Of a DNA stretch of 64,000 nt, positions 1 to 9,369 are shown one piece after another. Source of the DNA: an uncultured Pelagibacteraceae bacterium (lineage in GTDB: Bacteria; Pseudomonadota; Alphaproteobacteria; Pelagibacterales; Pelagibacteraceae); the NCBI GenBank assembly GCA_902589795.1, contig CACIUJ010000001.1:17030-81029 (forward strand), in the 5' to 3' direction. Numbering within the stretch: the stretch's first letter is position 1; every line of letters starts with the position of its first letter. Under the pieces are notes generated by a model. That model made no database searches. It saw only the letters and a list, made by a program, of their open reading frames with translations, and was not told the origin of the DNA. The translations under genes and the position numbers were made by a program.

Positions 1-68
1 ATATCTATTTGAACATCGTTTAGAAAAACATACAAGGACTTTATCCCATCATTTAATAGGAAGTTAAA

Positions 69-1511
69 ATGTATAGCAAATTTGGTCAATTTATAGATGG
101 AAAATGGCAACCTTCAAGTAACAATGAAACTTATGATGTTATTAATCCAGCAACAGAAGAAATAATTGGACAAGCATCTAAGGCTACCCCAGCCGATGTT
201 GATAAAGCTTTAAGGTCCGCAGAAAAAGGTTTTAATGTTTGGAGAAAATTTTCGCCATGGGATAGATCTGCGATTATTAGAAAAATTGCTGATCTTATGA
301 GGAAAAAAAATAATGAGCTAGCAAAATGGATGACACTAGAAACTGGAAAAACACTAGCAGAATCTTTAGCCGAAGTAAGTGGATCTGCAGATATTTTTGA
401 ATGGAATGCTGAAGAAACAAAAAGAATTTATGGTCAAACAGTACAAAGTAGGTTTGAAAACACAAGAGTCATTATTAATTATGAACCAGTTGGTGTGGTT
501 GCAGCTTTATCTCCATGGAATTTTCCTCTTGTCTTAGCTTCAAGAAAAATTTCAACAGCTTTAGCCGCAGGATGTTCTGTTATTTGTAAACCAGATGTTA
601 TTACTCCAGGTGTAGTTATGGAGTTAGTAGATATTATTAATCAGTGTGGAGTGCCCCCTGGTGTTGTAAATTTATTATCTGGAGACCCCCCATCAATAGC
701 ATCACAATTAATTTCTTCAGATATAGTAAAAAAAATCTCTTTAACAGGATCTACTAGAGTTGGTAAAATAATTTTAAAACAAGCAGCTGAAAAAATACAA
801 AGAGTTACAATGGAATTAAGTGGACATGCACCATTCATAGTTCATGCAGATGCAAATGTGGAAAAAGCAACCGATATGGCTATGGCTGCAAAATATAGAA
901 ACAATGGACAGGTTTGTATTTCTCCAAGTCGATTTTATATACATGAAAGCAAAAAAGAACAATTTACTAAATCTTTTGTCGATAAAACATTAAAGCTAAA
1001 AATTGGAAATGGAATGGATAAAGATGTTCAACTTGGACCCATTACTACAAAAAAAAGATTAGAAGAAATAGAAAAACTTGTTGAAACAACAAAAAAAGAA
1101 GGGGCCAAATTATTATGTGGAGGAAAGAGACCCTCTGGTTTTAACAAGGGTTATTTTTATGAACCTACTGTTTTTGATAATGTTAAAGATGATTTTACTA
1201 TAATGACAGAGGAGCCTTTTGGTCCATTAACACCTCTTTTAACGTTTAAGAATTTTGACGAGGTTATAGAAAAAGCAAATAATCAAGTAGCAGGTTTAGC
1301 ATCTTATGTGTGCACTACTTCAATTGAACTTGCTAACAAAACGTCCGAAGCATTGGAAACTGGAATGGTAGCGGTTAATACTCCATTTATTTCAAATGCA
1401 GAAACCCCATTTGGGGGAATAAAGCAAAGCGGATATGGTAGAGAAGGCGGGTCAGTTGGTATAAAAGATTATTTAAATATAAAATATACTCATTTGGGCT
1501 TGTTAGGTTAA
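69..1511 (+). CDS. NAD(P)+-dependent aldehyde dehydrogenase (succinate-semialdehyde / betaine-aldehyde dehydrogenase-like)
   Basis: 480-aa ORF with ALDH superfamily hallmarks: catalytic Glu region 'VTMELSGHAP', catalytic Cys region 'NNGQVCISPSRFY', and 'EEPFGPL' and 'FGGIKQSGYGREGG' near the C-terminus. The substrate cannot be assigned from sequence alone. Confidence 0.85.
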   Translation: MYSKFGQFIDGKWQPSSNNETYDVINPATEEIIGQASKATPADVDKALRSAEKGFNVWRKFSPWDRSAIIRKIADLMRKKNNELAKWMTLETGKTLAESLAEVSGSADIFEWNAEETKRIYGQTVQSRFENTRVIINYEPVGVVAALSPWNFPLVLASRKISTALAAGCSVICKPDVITPGVVMELVDIINQCGVPPGVVNLLSGDPPSIASQLISSDIVKKISLTGSTRVGKIILKQAAEKIQRVTMELSGHAPFIVHADANVEKATDMAMAAKYRNNGQVCISPSRFYIHESKKEQFTKSFVDKTLKLKIGNGMDKDVQLGPITTKKRLEEIEKLVETTKKEGAKLLCGGKRPSGFNKGYFYEPTVFDNVKDDFTIMTEEPFGPLTPLLTFKNFDEVIEKANNQVAGLASYVCTTSIELANKTSEALETGMVAVNTPFISNAETPFGGIKQSGYGREGGSVGIKDYLNIKYTHLGLLG

Positions 1512-1513
1512 TT

Positions 1514-2473
1514 ATGCCAAAAATAGCTATTGTAGACAAAATGCATCAAGATGGAATTAATTTATTAAAAAAAAATCCTAAATTTGAATGTGAAATTATC
1601 GAAGATTTATCAAAAAAAAATTTGATATCTAAGCTACCAGACTTTGATGGAATTACCTTACGGAGAGGAAAAATTGATTCTGAAATATTACAAAATTGTA
1701 AAAAACTTAAAGTTATATCCAGACATGGTGTTGGTTATGATAATGTTGATACTAATTTTTTAAAAAAAAATAATATAACTTTGTTAGTAACCGGCACAAC
1801 AACATCAACATCTCCAGCAGAGCATATTATGTTCATGATATTAAACATTTCAAAAGGAAAAGATTTGTATGATCGATCTGTAAGAAATGGAAAGTTTGGT
1901 GCAATAATGCATATGAAGCACCAAACCTTTGAATTATTTTCTAAAAAAATATTGATTATAGGTTTTGGAAGAATAGGAAGAAAATTAATAAAAAAATGTT
2001 TAGGTTTTGAAATGGAAGTTTATGTATATGACCCATTTGTAGATAAAAAAATAATAGAATCTTTTGGTGGAAAAAAAGTAAGTAATTTAGATGATGGATT
2101 AAAGGTAACTGACATATTGTCTCTAACCGTTCCACTTAATAAAGAAACTAACAATATGATCAATATGAAAAAAATGAAAATGATGAAAAAAACATCAATA
2201 ATTATTAATATTTCTCGAGGTGGTGTTGTAAATGAAAAAGATCTAAACGAAGCTCTTGAGAAAGAAATAATATACGGGGCAGGCCTAGATGTTTTTGAAA
2301 AGGAACCACCAAGTGATGAAAATCCTTTATTAAAAAATAAAAAAGTTTTACTAAGTCCACATGCTGCTACATTTACCAAAGAATGCGTTTCTGATATGGC
2401 GATTCAAACAGCGCAAAACATAATTGATTTTTTTGATGATAAATTAAGCGATTCTATGATTGTTAAGTTATAA
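1514..2473 (+). CDS. D-isomer-specific 2-hydroxyacid dehydrogenase family protein
   Basis: Starts 3 nt after the ALDH stop, so probably an operon. Motifs: 'RHGVGYDNVD', NAD fold 'IIGFGRIGRKL', 'NISRGGVVNEKDL', 'GAGLDVFEKEP', 'LLSPHAA'. Confidence 0.85.
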   Translation: MPKIAIVDKMHQDGINLLKKNPKFECEIIEDLSKKNLISKLPDFDGITLRRGKIDSEILQNCKKLKVISRHGVGYDNVDTNFLKKNNITLLVTGTTTSTSPAEHIMFMILNISKGKDLYDRSVRNGKFGAIMHMKHQTFELFSKKILIIGFGRIGRKLIKKCLGFEMEVYVYDPFVDKKIIESFGGKKVSNLDDGLKVTDILSLTVPLNKETNNMINMKKMKMMKKTSIIINISRGGVVNEKDLNEALEKEIIYGAGLDVFEKEPPSDENPLLKNKKVLLSPHAATFTKECVSDMAIQTAQNIIDFFDDKLSDSMIVKL

Positions 2474-2474
2474 G

Positions 2475-3800
2475 CTAACAATCTAATGTATTTACCTTTT
2501 CCCATTCTGTTATCGGATCTTTTTTGGAAAAAGTTTCTTTTGAATTAAAATCTTTTAGTTCTTGCTGCTTTAATTTTAAATAACTAGTAATATTTTTTTC
2601 ACCAAAAGCAGATAACAAAACTTCATTATTACTTAAGTGCTCTAAGGCATCTTCCAAGTCCGAAGGAAGTTTTTTTAAATTTGGGTAATTGTCTCCATCG
2701 GTATACATATTTATAAACAAAGGTTGTCCTGGATCACGTTTTTTTTCCATTCCATCATTTCCTGCAGCTATAATTCCAGCTTGTAAAAGATAAGGATTAG
2801 CAGATCCATCCATTAGGCGTAATTCGAAACGTCCAGGATCCGGTATTCTAATCATATGAGTTCTATTATTTCCAGTGTACGATATTTTACTTGGAGACCA
2901 ACTTGCACCAGAAAGTGTAGGGGGGGCATCAATTCTTCTATAACTATTTATTGAAGGATTAAAAAAAGCACTTAATCCTTCAGCTGAATTTAAAATTCCT
3001 CCTAAAAAATTATAAGCTAATCTTGTAAGGCCTAACTTATCTCCTTTATCTAAAAATAGATTTTTTTTTCCGTCCCATAAAGATATATGAGCATGGCAAC
3101 CATTCCCTGTTAAGTCCTCAAAAGGCTTAGGCATAAAGGTGGCTCTTAACCCATGTTTTTCTGCAATTGTTTTAACCATAAATTTAAAAAAAACATGTCT
3201 GTCTGCAGTAGTAAGACTGTCAGCATAATTCCAATTCATTTCAAACTGCCCATTAGCATCTTCATGATCATTTTGGTATGGTTCCCAACCAAGCTGAATC
3301 ATTGAGTCACATATTTCTTTTATTAAATCGTATTTTCTCATTAAAGCTGATTGGTCATAACAAGGCTTTGATTGTATATCTCTAGAATCCGATATAGCCG
3401 TGCCCTCCGAATTAATTAAAAAATATTCAGATTCTACACCTGATTTCAAAATCATATTATTTCTAGCAAGTTTTTTAATTTGGTTTTTCAACATCACTCG
3501 AGGTGAGGACTCAACAGGCTTACCATTCATCCATAAATCTGAAGCTAACCAGCCAACTTCTTTTTTCCAAGGAAGTTGAATTAAACTTTCTGGATCTGGA
3601 ATAGCAAACATATCTGCATCTGCAGGAGTCATATCTAACCAAGTAGCAAATCCAGCAAATCCCGCTCCATTTTTTTGCATATCTTTAATTGCTTGAGCTG
3701 GAACTAATTTTGATCTTAAGACTCCAAATAAATCAACAAAACTTATTAAAAAATACTTGATTTTTTTCTGCTTAGCTATTTTTGATAAATCTTTTGCCAT
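2475..3800 (-). CDS. Glutamine-synthetase-family ligase (gamma-glutamyl-amine synthetase candidate; GmaS/PuuA-like size)
   Basis: 441 aa. GS catalytic-domain motifs: 'NGCHAHISLW', 'NSYRRI', 'RFELRLMDGSANPYL'. The N-terminal beta-grasp lacks the 'DGSS' ammonium-site motif of true GlnA (by eye), as expected for amine-ligating paralogs. Confidence 0.75.
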   Translation of the reverse strand: MAKDLSKIAKQKKIKYFLISFVDLFGVLRSKLVPAQAIKDMQKNGAGFAGFATWLDMTPADADMFAIPDPESLIQLPWKKEVGWLASDLWMNGKPVESSPRVMLKNQIKKLARNNMILKSGVESEYFLINSEGTAISDSRDIQSKPCYDQSALMRKYDLIKEICDSMIQLGWEPYQNDHEDANGQFEMNWNYADSLTTADRHVFFKFMVKTIAEKHGLRATFMPKPFEDLTGNGCHAHISLWDGKKNLFLDKGDKLGLTRLAYNFLGGILNSAEGLSAFFNPSINSYRRIDAPPTLSGASWSPSKISYTGNNRTHMIRIPDPGRFELRLMDGSANPYLLQAGIIAAGNDGMEKKRDPGQPLFINMYTDGDNYPNLKKLPSDLEDALEHLSNNEVLLSAFGEKNITSYLKLKQQELKDFNSKETFSKKDPITEWEKVNTLDC

Positions 3801-3812
3801 AAAATTAATTAT

Positions 3813-3950
3813 TTATAATATTAAATCTTTGTAAAGTATTAATAGAATTGTAATGATAATAAACATAGCTAGATAAAGTCCATATTTAGCTTTTGGCCAG
3901 GCTAGTCTAGCCATTTTTGGTGGAGTTTTATTTTTATTGTTTTCTTCCAT
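3813..3950 (-). CDS. Possible 45-aa single-pass membrane peptide (hand-translated; below the ORF-track cutoff)
   Basis: ATG at 3950, TAA at 3813-3815. Translation: MEENNKNKTPPKMARLAWPKAKYGLYLAMFIIITILLILYKDLIL, a basic N-terminus followed by one hydrophobic helix. It ends 12 nt upstream of the GS-like gene and sits just downstream of a strong terminator. No Shine-Dalgarno sequence is visible. Confidence 0.2.
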   Translation of the reverse strand: MEENNKNKTPPKMARLAWPKAKYGLYLAMFIIITILLILYKDLIL

Positions 3951-3967
3951 AATTTTAGAAATCTAGT

Positions 3968-4006
3968 AAAAAAAGGGCGCTAAGCAAGTTAGCGCCCAAA
4001 TTTTTT
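3968..4006 (-). terminator. Rho-independent terminator after the amt / small-membrane-protein operon (symmetrical, could act in both directions)
   Basis: Perfect 9-bp GC-rich stem GGGCGCTAA (3975-3983) / TTAGCGCCC (3989-3997) with a 5-nt loop. It is flanked by an A7 run (3968-3974, read as a U-run on the minus strand) and a T6 run (4001-4006). Confidence 0.75.
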
Positions 4007-4017
4007 AGTATTTTATA

Positions 4018-4260
4018 TTACCATTCGGTAATATTTTTTTTGTAATCGTTAGCACCTGGTCTTTTTCTAGCTAACTTTTGCTGCTCTTCAGCTTCACCAG
4101 CTCCAGTAGAAACATGGAACCAAAGCCAAAAAACTATCGCAACTGTTAACCACATCCACTCTGTGCCAACCATAGGATAAATGTCAGCAACTTGTACTCC
4201 TTCAGTTGCTGCATCCACATCTGTTGTTAGATGTTCTATCCAATTTGTTACTGATGCCAT
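4018..4260 (-). CDS. Small (80-aa) single-pass membrane protein co-transcribed with the ammonium transporter
   Basis: A strong Shine-Dalgarno sequence (AGGGAGGAATAAATT-ATG on the minus strand) lies 25 nt downstream of the amt stop. One Trp-rich hydrophobic helix 'WMWLTVAIVFWLWFHV', an acidic N-terminus and a basic C-terminus. I do not recognise the family. Confidence 0.6.
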   Translation of the reverse strand: MASVTNWIEHLTTDVDAATEGVQVADIYPMVGTEWMWLTVAIVFWLWFHVSTGAGEAEEQQKLARKRPGANDYKKNITEW

Positions 4261-4285
4261 AATTTATTCCTCCCTATCTACTTGT

Positions 4286-5674
4286 TTAACCGACTGTTCT
4301 TTCATCTTTTCTAGCCGATTCCATTATATTGTAGTCTAGTCCTGCTATTTCTACTTCTCGAGGTATACGTAATTTACCTGCTCCGTGAAGTATTTTAGCC
4401 AAGATCCAGCCCGGTAAGAAACCAAGAACACCGAACATTATTATAGCTCCGATAAACATTCCTAGAGGGTTAATTGGTGCATAGTCAGTACCAACCCACA
4501 TTGATCCAACACTGTATCCAGATGAAGGATATCCCCATAAAACGAAACCGCATATAATAAGTCCGACAACACCAGCATAACCGTGTACAGCTACTGCACC
4601 TACCGCATCATCAATTTTGAATCTACGTTCAACCCAATAATGCATTTTGTATGCAATGTATGTACCTACAGAAGCAATAAGCATTGCTTGCAGAGGATGA
4701 TATAAATCATTTCCTGCAGAAGCAGTGATAATTCCTGCTAGTCCACCAGAATAAGTCCAGAACGGATCTCCTTTAGAAACCCAATAACCAGCTAACAATC
4801 CTCCTGATAATGACATCAAGAAGTTAAATGTAATACCACTAAGTGTAGTCGGTGTTACATAAATACTTGTTGCCGTAAAGAAAGTTGTTCCTTCCATTCC
4901 GTATTCAGGTCCAAGATCAAATATAGGTATATTACAAGCTGCGTAGAAACCCCAGAAACCTGTATAAATTAAGAACAACCCTATAGTTACTAACCAAGGG
5001 TTTCTTGGTCCAATGTTTCTTGGTTCACCGCTAGATGAAAATTTCCCTATACGAGGTCCTAAAACTGCTAGAACTCCCAAAGCGAATCCTCCTGCTATAG
5101 CATGAATTACTCCTGATGCGTATGCATCGTGATAACCTAATAGTTTAAGCATCCAACCATCAAAGTGCCATCCCCATGCAGCATCGATTGTCCAAAATAC
5201 AGAACCAATTGCAATAGCTAAAATACCAAATGCAAAAGTTGTAATTCTTTCAATGATTGCCCCAGAAACGATTGATGCGGCAGTCCAAGAAAATAAAAGG
5301 AACGCTGCCCAGAATACTCCACTAATGTGGTCACCTAAGTTTACCGCCATTAAGTTACTCGTAGCTACGTACCATTTTGCACTAAATAAAGATTCATCCG
5401 TAATTAATGCTGCGCTTTCGTTCATAATTGAAGGCGCTAGTCCTGGTCCTGTTGGAAATGCCCAATAAATCCACCAACCAAAGAAAAACCATGTTACTGT
5501 TACCAGTGGTATCAATAATGTATTTTTCATAAGAGTGTGTTGGTGATGTTTGTAACGTGATGCTCCAACTTCATACATACAAAATCCTACGTGGATCAAA
5601 AACATAAGTACTACAGTGATCCAATAATAAAATTCTGTGAATATGGTAGTTAAAGCTCCCAATCCATCAGTCAT
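4286..5674 (-). CDS. amt: Ammonium/methylammonium transporter, Amt family
   Basis: 462 aa, polytopic (about 11 hydrophobic helices). Amt signature regions with the twin conserved His: 'HDAYASGVIHAIAGGFALG' and 'DDAVGAVAVHGYAGVVG'. Strong Shine-Dalgarno sequence GGGAGGA upstream. Confidence 0.9.
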   Translation of the reverse strand: MTDGLGALTTIFTEFYYWITVVLMFLIHVGFCMYEVGASRYKHHQHTLMKNTLLIPLVTVTWFFFGWWIYWAFPTGPGLAPSIMNESAALITDESLFSAKWYVATSNLMAVNLGDHISGVFWAAFLLFSWTAASIVSGAIIERITTFAFGILAIAIGSVFWTIDAAWGWHFDGWMLKLLGYHDAYASGVIHAIAGGFALGVLAVLGPRIGKFSSSGEPRNIGPRNPWLVTIGLFLIYTGFWGFYAACNIPIFDLGPEYGMEGTTFFTATSIYVTPTTLSGITFNFLMSLSGGLLAGYWVSKGDPFWTYSGGLAGIITASAGNDLYHPLQAMLIASVGTYIAYKMHYWVERRFKIDDAVGAVAVHGYAGVVGLIICGFVLWGYPSSGYSVGSMWVGTDYAPINPLGMFIGAIIMFGVLGFLPGWILAKILHGAGKLRIPREVEIAGLDYNIMESARKDERTVG

Positions 5675-5795
5675 ATTTTTTCCTCCCTTAATAAAACTGC
5701 AAATATTCTATTAGGTGAGCTAAGTACTACAAGTATGCAGAGTTGTTTAATACCAATGATTTTTTAAATACAAACAACTTGTGATTGTGTTTTTT

Positions 5796-6191
5796 TTAGA
5801 ATTTTTTATAGGCTTTTTTTAAATCTACAAGTGGGTGTTTTGGTGACATTTGAAATTTAATTAATAGTTCTCTTGCAATCATGTCTCTATCTTGTTGATT
5901 ATCAGGTAATTTAATTTTCTTTGGTATTGTAACCCAACCATTTGCATTTCTACAAAAAACAGCTGGACGTCCTTCCTCGTAGCCCATATGTACGTCTTCT
6001 AACCAATTTAAATCATCCCAGCCCATGTGCTCAATATATTTTTTAAGGAAAGGGGTAACTTTTTTATAATCAGGCAATAAGTTTACATCATATCGATACC
6101 CGATATGCTGACCTATCATTTTTTCTCTAGAACTTTCTTTTTCTTTTGGTATAGAGTTTTTTTTTATTTTTTTACTTTTTTTCTTTGCCAT
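5796..6191 (-). CDS. Hypothetical 131-aa protein, last gene of the methylamine (gmaS-mgsABC) operon
   Basis: Starts 5 nt after the mgsC stop on the same strand. Lys-rich N-terminal tail 'MAKKKSKKIKKNS', then a soluble domain containing 'GWDDLNWLEDVHMGYEEGRP'. No recognisable motif. Confidence 0.55.
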   Translation of the reverse strand: MAKKKSKKIKKNSIPKEKESSREKMIGQHIGYRYDVNLLPDYKKVTPFLKKYIEHMGWDDLNWLEDVHMGYEEGRPAVFCRNANGWVTIPKKIKLPDNQQDRDMIARELLIKFQMSPKHPLVDLKKAYKKF

Positions 6192-6196
6192 ATTAA

Positions 6197-7570
6197 TTAA
6201 ATTTTATGGAAATCATCCACTCCCACAGTATGATTTGTTCCAGTTAAAGGAACTTTTGCCAACGCAGAGGCTTCCATCGTTAATGCCGCCAAATCTTCTG
6301 GTTCTAAAGAATGAACATTAGTTTTTCCGCAAGCACGAGCTAGCAGTTGTAATTCCAATGCCATTGTATGCAGATAATTATAAACTCTTATTGCTGCATC
6401 ATCAGGATTTAGTCTCTTTCTTAATTTTGGATTTTGTGTTGCTACACCGACCGGGCATCGGCCTGTGTGGCAGTGGTAACAATGTCCAGCTTTAACCCCC
6501 ATTTCTTTTTCAAAATCAACTCCTGGGATTTCTTTATTACAATTTAATGCAATCATCGAACCAGTTCCAATAGCAACTGCATCAGCACCTAACGCCAAAG
6601 CTTTTGCTAAATCAGCTCCGTCTCGAACACCGCCTGCATAAATTAATGTTACTTTTCCAGTTTGACCAACATCATCTAAAGCTCTTCGTGCTTCACGAAT
6701 TGCCGCTATACCAGGAATACCAGTATTAGCTGCTGCAATATGGGGTCCAGCTCCAGTAGATCCTTCCATTCCATCTAAATAAATTGAATCAGGATCACAT
6801 TTTGCAGCCATACGAACATCATCATAAACTTTGGCAGCTCCTAATTTTAATTGAATTGGAACTTGATTATTCGTTAGCTCTCTTAACTCTTGAACTTTTA
6901 AGGCAAGGTCGTCTGGTCCTAACCAGTCAGGGTGTCTTGCCGGAGAACGTTGATCTATTCCTGAAGGCAATGAACGCATTTCAGCAACTTGGTCAGTTAC
7001 TTTTTGACCCATCAAATGTCCACCCATTCCAACTTTTTGCCCTTGTCCTATAAATACTTCTATACCATCTGCTAATTGTGCATGGTGAGGGTTAAATCCG
7101 TAACGTGACTGTATACATTGGTAAAACCATTTTTCAGAATATCTTCTTTCATCTGGTATCATACCACCTTCACCTGAACATGTGGCACTTCCAGCCATAG
7201 TAGCTCCTCTAGCTAATGCAGTTTTAGCCTCATAAGAAAGGGCACCGAAACTCATTCCCGTTATGTAAACAGGAATATCTAATTCAATTGGATTTTTACA
7301 ACGTGGACCAATAATTGTTTTTGTCTCACATTTTTCTCTATATCCTTCAATAACAAATCTTGTAAGAGTTCCTGGTAAAAAAACCAAATCATCAAACGTT
7401 GGTATTTTTCTCATTAATGCCATACCACGCATTCTGTAACGACCTAGTTGTGCTTTTATATGTATGTCGTCAATTACCTCAGGTGTGAAAATTGAATTTT
7501 GACCTAATAAACTTTTATTTCTACCTTTAGTAACTTTAAGACTACCATTAGTTTTTTTCTTTTTTTCCAT
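6197..7570 (-). CDS. mgsC: N-methylglutamate synthase subunit C (glutamate-synthase FMN-binding domain protein)
   Basis: 457 aa. GltS domain-2 motifs: 'GMSFGALS', 'SGEGG', 'GQGQKVGMGGHLMGQKV', 'YLDGMEGSTGAGP', 'GGVRDGADLAKALALGADAV', and a Cys cluster 'CYHCHTGRCPVGVATQ'. Synteny with amidotransferase-like and GXGXG subunits. Confidence 0.85.
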   Translation of the reverse strand: MEKKKKTNGSLKVTKGRNKSLLGQNSIFTPEVIDDIHIKAQLGRYRMRGMALMRKIPTFDDLVFLPGTLTRFVIEGYREKCETKTIIGPRCKNPIELDIPVYITGMSFGALSYEAKTALARGATMAGSATCSGEGGMIPDERRYSEKWFYQCIQSRYGFNPHHAQLADGIEVFIGQGQKVGMGGHLMGQKVTDQVAEMRSLPSGIDQRSPARHPDWLGPDDLALKVQELRELTNNQVPIQLKLGAAKVYDDVRMAAKCDPDSIYLDGMEGSTGAGPHIAAANTGIPGIAAIREARRALDDVGQTGKVTLIYAGGVRDGADLAKALALGADAVAIGTGSMIALNCNKEIPGVDFEKEMGVKAGHCYHCHTGRCPVGVATQNPKLRKRLNPDDAAIRVYNYLHTMALELQLLARACGKTNVHSLEPEDLAALTMEASALAKVPLTGTNHTVGVDDFHKI

Positions 7571-7571
7571 T

Positions 7572-8414
7572 TTAAATTGCTCCTTTTTTTTCTGAAGGTT
7601 CTAAAGCATCATAATTCCAAAGTTTTTTCCCAGCTACCACTTTAGTCATTGTTGTTACATCAAAATCAGATCCTATCTCAGCAACTTTAAGTTTTCTTCT
7701 TAACCAAAAAACATCATCAGAAGAAAGTTTAGCTTTTATTGCATCGCTTCCAAATGACTTAATTTTTCCACCAACAAAAATTGTTCCATCATACATAGAG
7801 TCGCCTAAGTTGATTCCTACATCTCCAAGAATAATTATCCTTCCTCTTTGCATCATAAAACCTGTAAATGCACCTGCGTCACCACCAACTATAATAGTTC
7901 CGCCTTTCATATCTATTCCTGTTCTTGCTCCAACACTACCTTTACAGATTAAGTCACCACCTCTAATAGCTGCCCCAAAACAAGACCCGGCATTTTTTTC
8001 GATTACAACTTTTCCTGCCATCATATTTTCTGCACAAGACCAACCAACTCTTCCAGTTATCCTTACAACAGGTCCATCTATTGAACCCACGCCAAAATAT
8101 CCAAGAGATCCTTCGAAAATTAAATTTAATTTATTTAGTATACCAACACCTAAGCTGTGCTTACCTTGTGGGTTTTTAACTACCACTGTTCCATATCCTT
8201 CTTTCATTAAGGCATGAAGTTTGTCATTTAGCTGGGCACAAGTTAAATTTTTTGCGTCAATATCCGTTCTTTTATTAAAATCAACATCGTAAGCACCATA
8301 GTAGAAGAAATTTTCAGCTTCTTCAGGATTAAAAAATACTTGTTGAGTTCTTCCTGTCAGAACTTCTTTGTGTAGTCCCATTGATTGAGATTTTGAATTT
8401 TTTAAATTTGCCAT
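7572..8414 (-). CDS. mgsB: N-methylglutamate synthase subunit B (GltB C-terminal GXGXG beta-helix domain protein)
   Basis: 280 aa with repeated GXGXG-type turns: 'GSLGYFGVGSIDG', 'GSCFGAAIRGG', 'GSVGARTGIDMKGG', 'GDAGAFTGFMMQRG', 'GDVGINLGDSMYDG'. Overlaps mgsA by 13 nt. Confidence 0.85.
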   Translation of the reverse strand: MANLKNSKSQSMGLHKEVLTGRTQQVFFNPEEAENFFYYGAYDVDFNKRTDIDAKNLTCAQLNDKLHALMKEGYGTVVVKNPQGKHSLGVGILNKLNLIFEGSLGYFGVGSIDGPVVRITGRVGWSCAENMMAGKVVIEKNAGSCFGAAIRGGDLICKGSVGARTGIDMKGGTIIVGGDAGAFTGFMMQRGRIIILGDVGINLGDSMYDGTIFVGGKIKSFGSDAIKAKLSSDDVFWLRRKLKVAEIGSDFDVTTMTKVVAGKKLWNYDALEPSEKKGAI

Positions 8415-9346
8415 ACTTTTACTTCTCCGTCATAAGGATCATAAGTATCAATTTCCTGAGGTAGTAATGTTCTAATTGCAATTTCTTCTGAACCCATTGC
8501 TACCAAATCATCCGATTCATATAACACCATAGGCTTTGCAGCCATTGTATCTTTTGCCATACCTAGGGAATCTTTTGTCGCAACAAGGTAGGTAAAAACT
8601 CCATCTAGTTCTTTTAAAGAATCTTTCATTCCATCTTTTAATGCTATGCCCCTTCTCATTTTGTCAGCTAGATAAACTGCAATAAGTTCTGAATCGCATT
8701 CAGACATAAAACGCATTCCTTTATTTTCAAGAGCTCTTCTATTATTCCAGTAATTTGTTAATTGGCCATTATGAACGACAGATACATCACTGAAAGGATA
8801 ACCCCAAAAAGGATGAGCCGAACGTATATCTACACCTGATTCAGTTGCCATTCTGGAATGTCCAATTGCATGGGTGCCTTTAATTTTATCTAATCCATAT
8901 TGTTTAGAAACAACACTGGCATCACCAATATCTTTTACCAATTCTAAACTTTTTCCAAGAGATAGTATCTCTGTCATCTCGACACTTTCAATTCTTTTAG
9001 AAAATTCCATTAAATCTTTGTCATATTTAATACAATACCTAAATGAATAGGGTGTTAGTTGTGCATCATTTATAATGCTTCCACCAAGATCTCTAATATG
9101 TTTGTCTACTTGTTTTTTTCTTTCATCATAAACTGATTTATCTTCATTTACTGCAGAACTACCTTCAGCAACGTTTTCTCCAACTTTAAAACGCATTATG
9201 TAATCACCTTGATTATTACCTTGGCCATATAAAGCGAATCCTGTTGAATCGGGCCCTCTATGTTTAAGAGCCTGTAACATATCTTGCAGTTCTTTACCGA
9301 TATTTACAGTTTTTCCCTTATGAATTAGTCCAGCTATTCCACACAT
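8402..9346 (-). CDS. mgsA: N-methylglutamate synthase subunit A (class II / Ntn glutamine-amidotransferase-like)
   Basis: 314 aa beginning 'MCGIAG', giving the Ntn catalytic Cys after Met removal. GATase-2 fold motifs 'HSRMATES' and 'HNGQLTNY'. First of the three mgs subunits, directly after the GS-like gene. Confidence 0.85.
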   Translation of the reverse strand: MCGIAGLIHKGKTVNIGKELQDMLQALKHRGPDSTGFALYGQGNNQGDYIMRFKVGENVAEGSSAVNEDKSVYDERKKQVDKHIRDLGGSIINDAQLTPYSFRYCIKYDKDLMEFSKRIESVEMTEILSLGKSLELVKDIGDASVVSKQYGLDKIKGTHAIGHSRMATESGVDIRSAHPFWGYPFSDVSVVHNGQLTNYWNNRRALENKGMRFMSECDSELIAVYLADKMRRGIALKDGMKDSLKELDGVFTYLVATKDSLGMAKDTMAAKPMVLYESDDLVAMGSEEIAIRTLLPQEIDTYDPYDGEVKVWQI

Positions 9347-9369
9347 AATAATTTATTTCCTTTTTTAGA

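Noticed and set aside
5675-5795. Possible riboswitch or terminator in the 121-nt spacer between the 131-aa gene and amt (AGTTGTTT ... AAACAACT pairing).
   Set aside because: The stem is AT-rich with a 23-nt loop and no following U-run, and there are no recognisable conserved riboswitch cores. It more likely just holds the amt promoter.
7810-8217. 135-aa plus-strand ORF rich in Pro, Ile and Thr.
   Set aside because: It is the reverse-complement shadow of the Gly-rich GXGXG repeats of mgsB (GGN codons read as NCC = Pro on the other strand). Not a gene.
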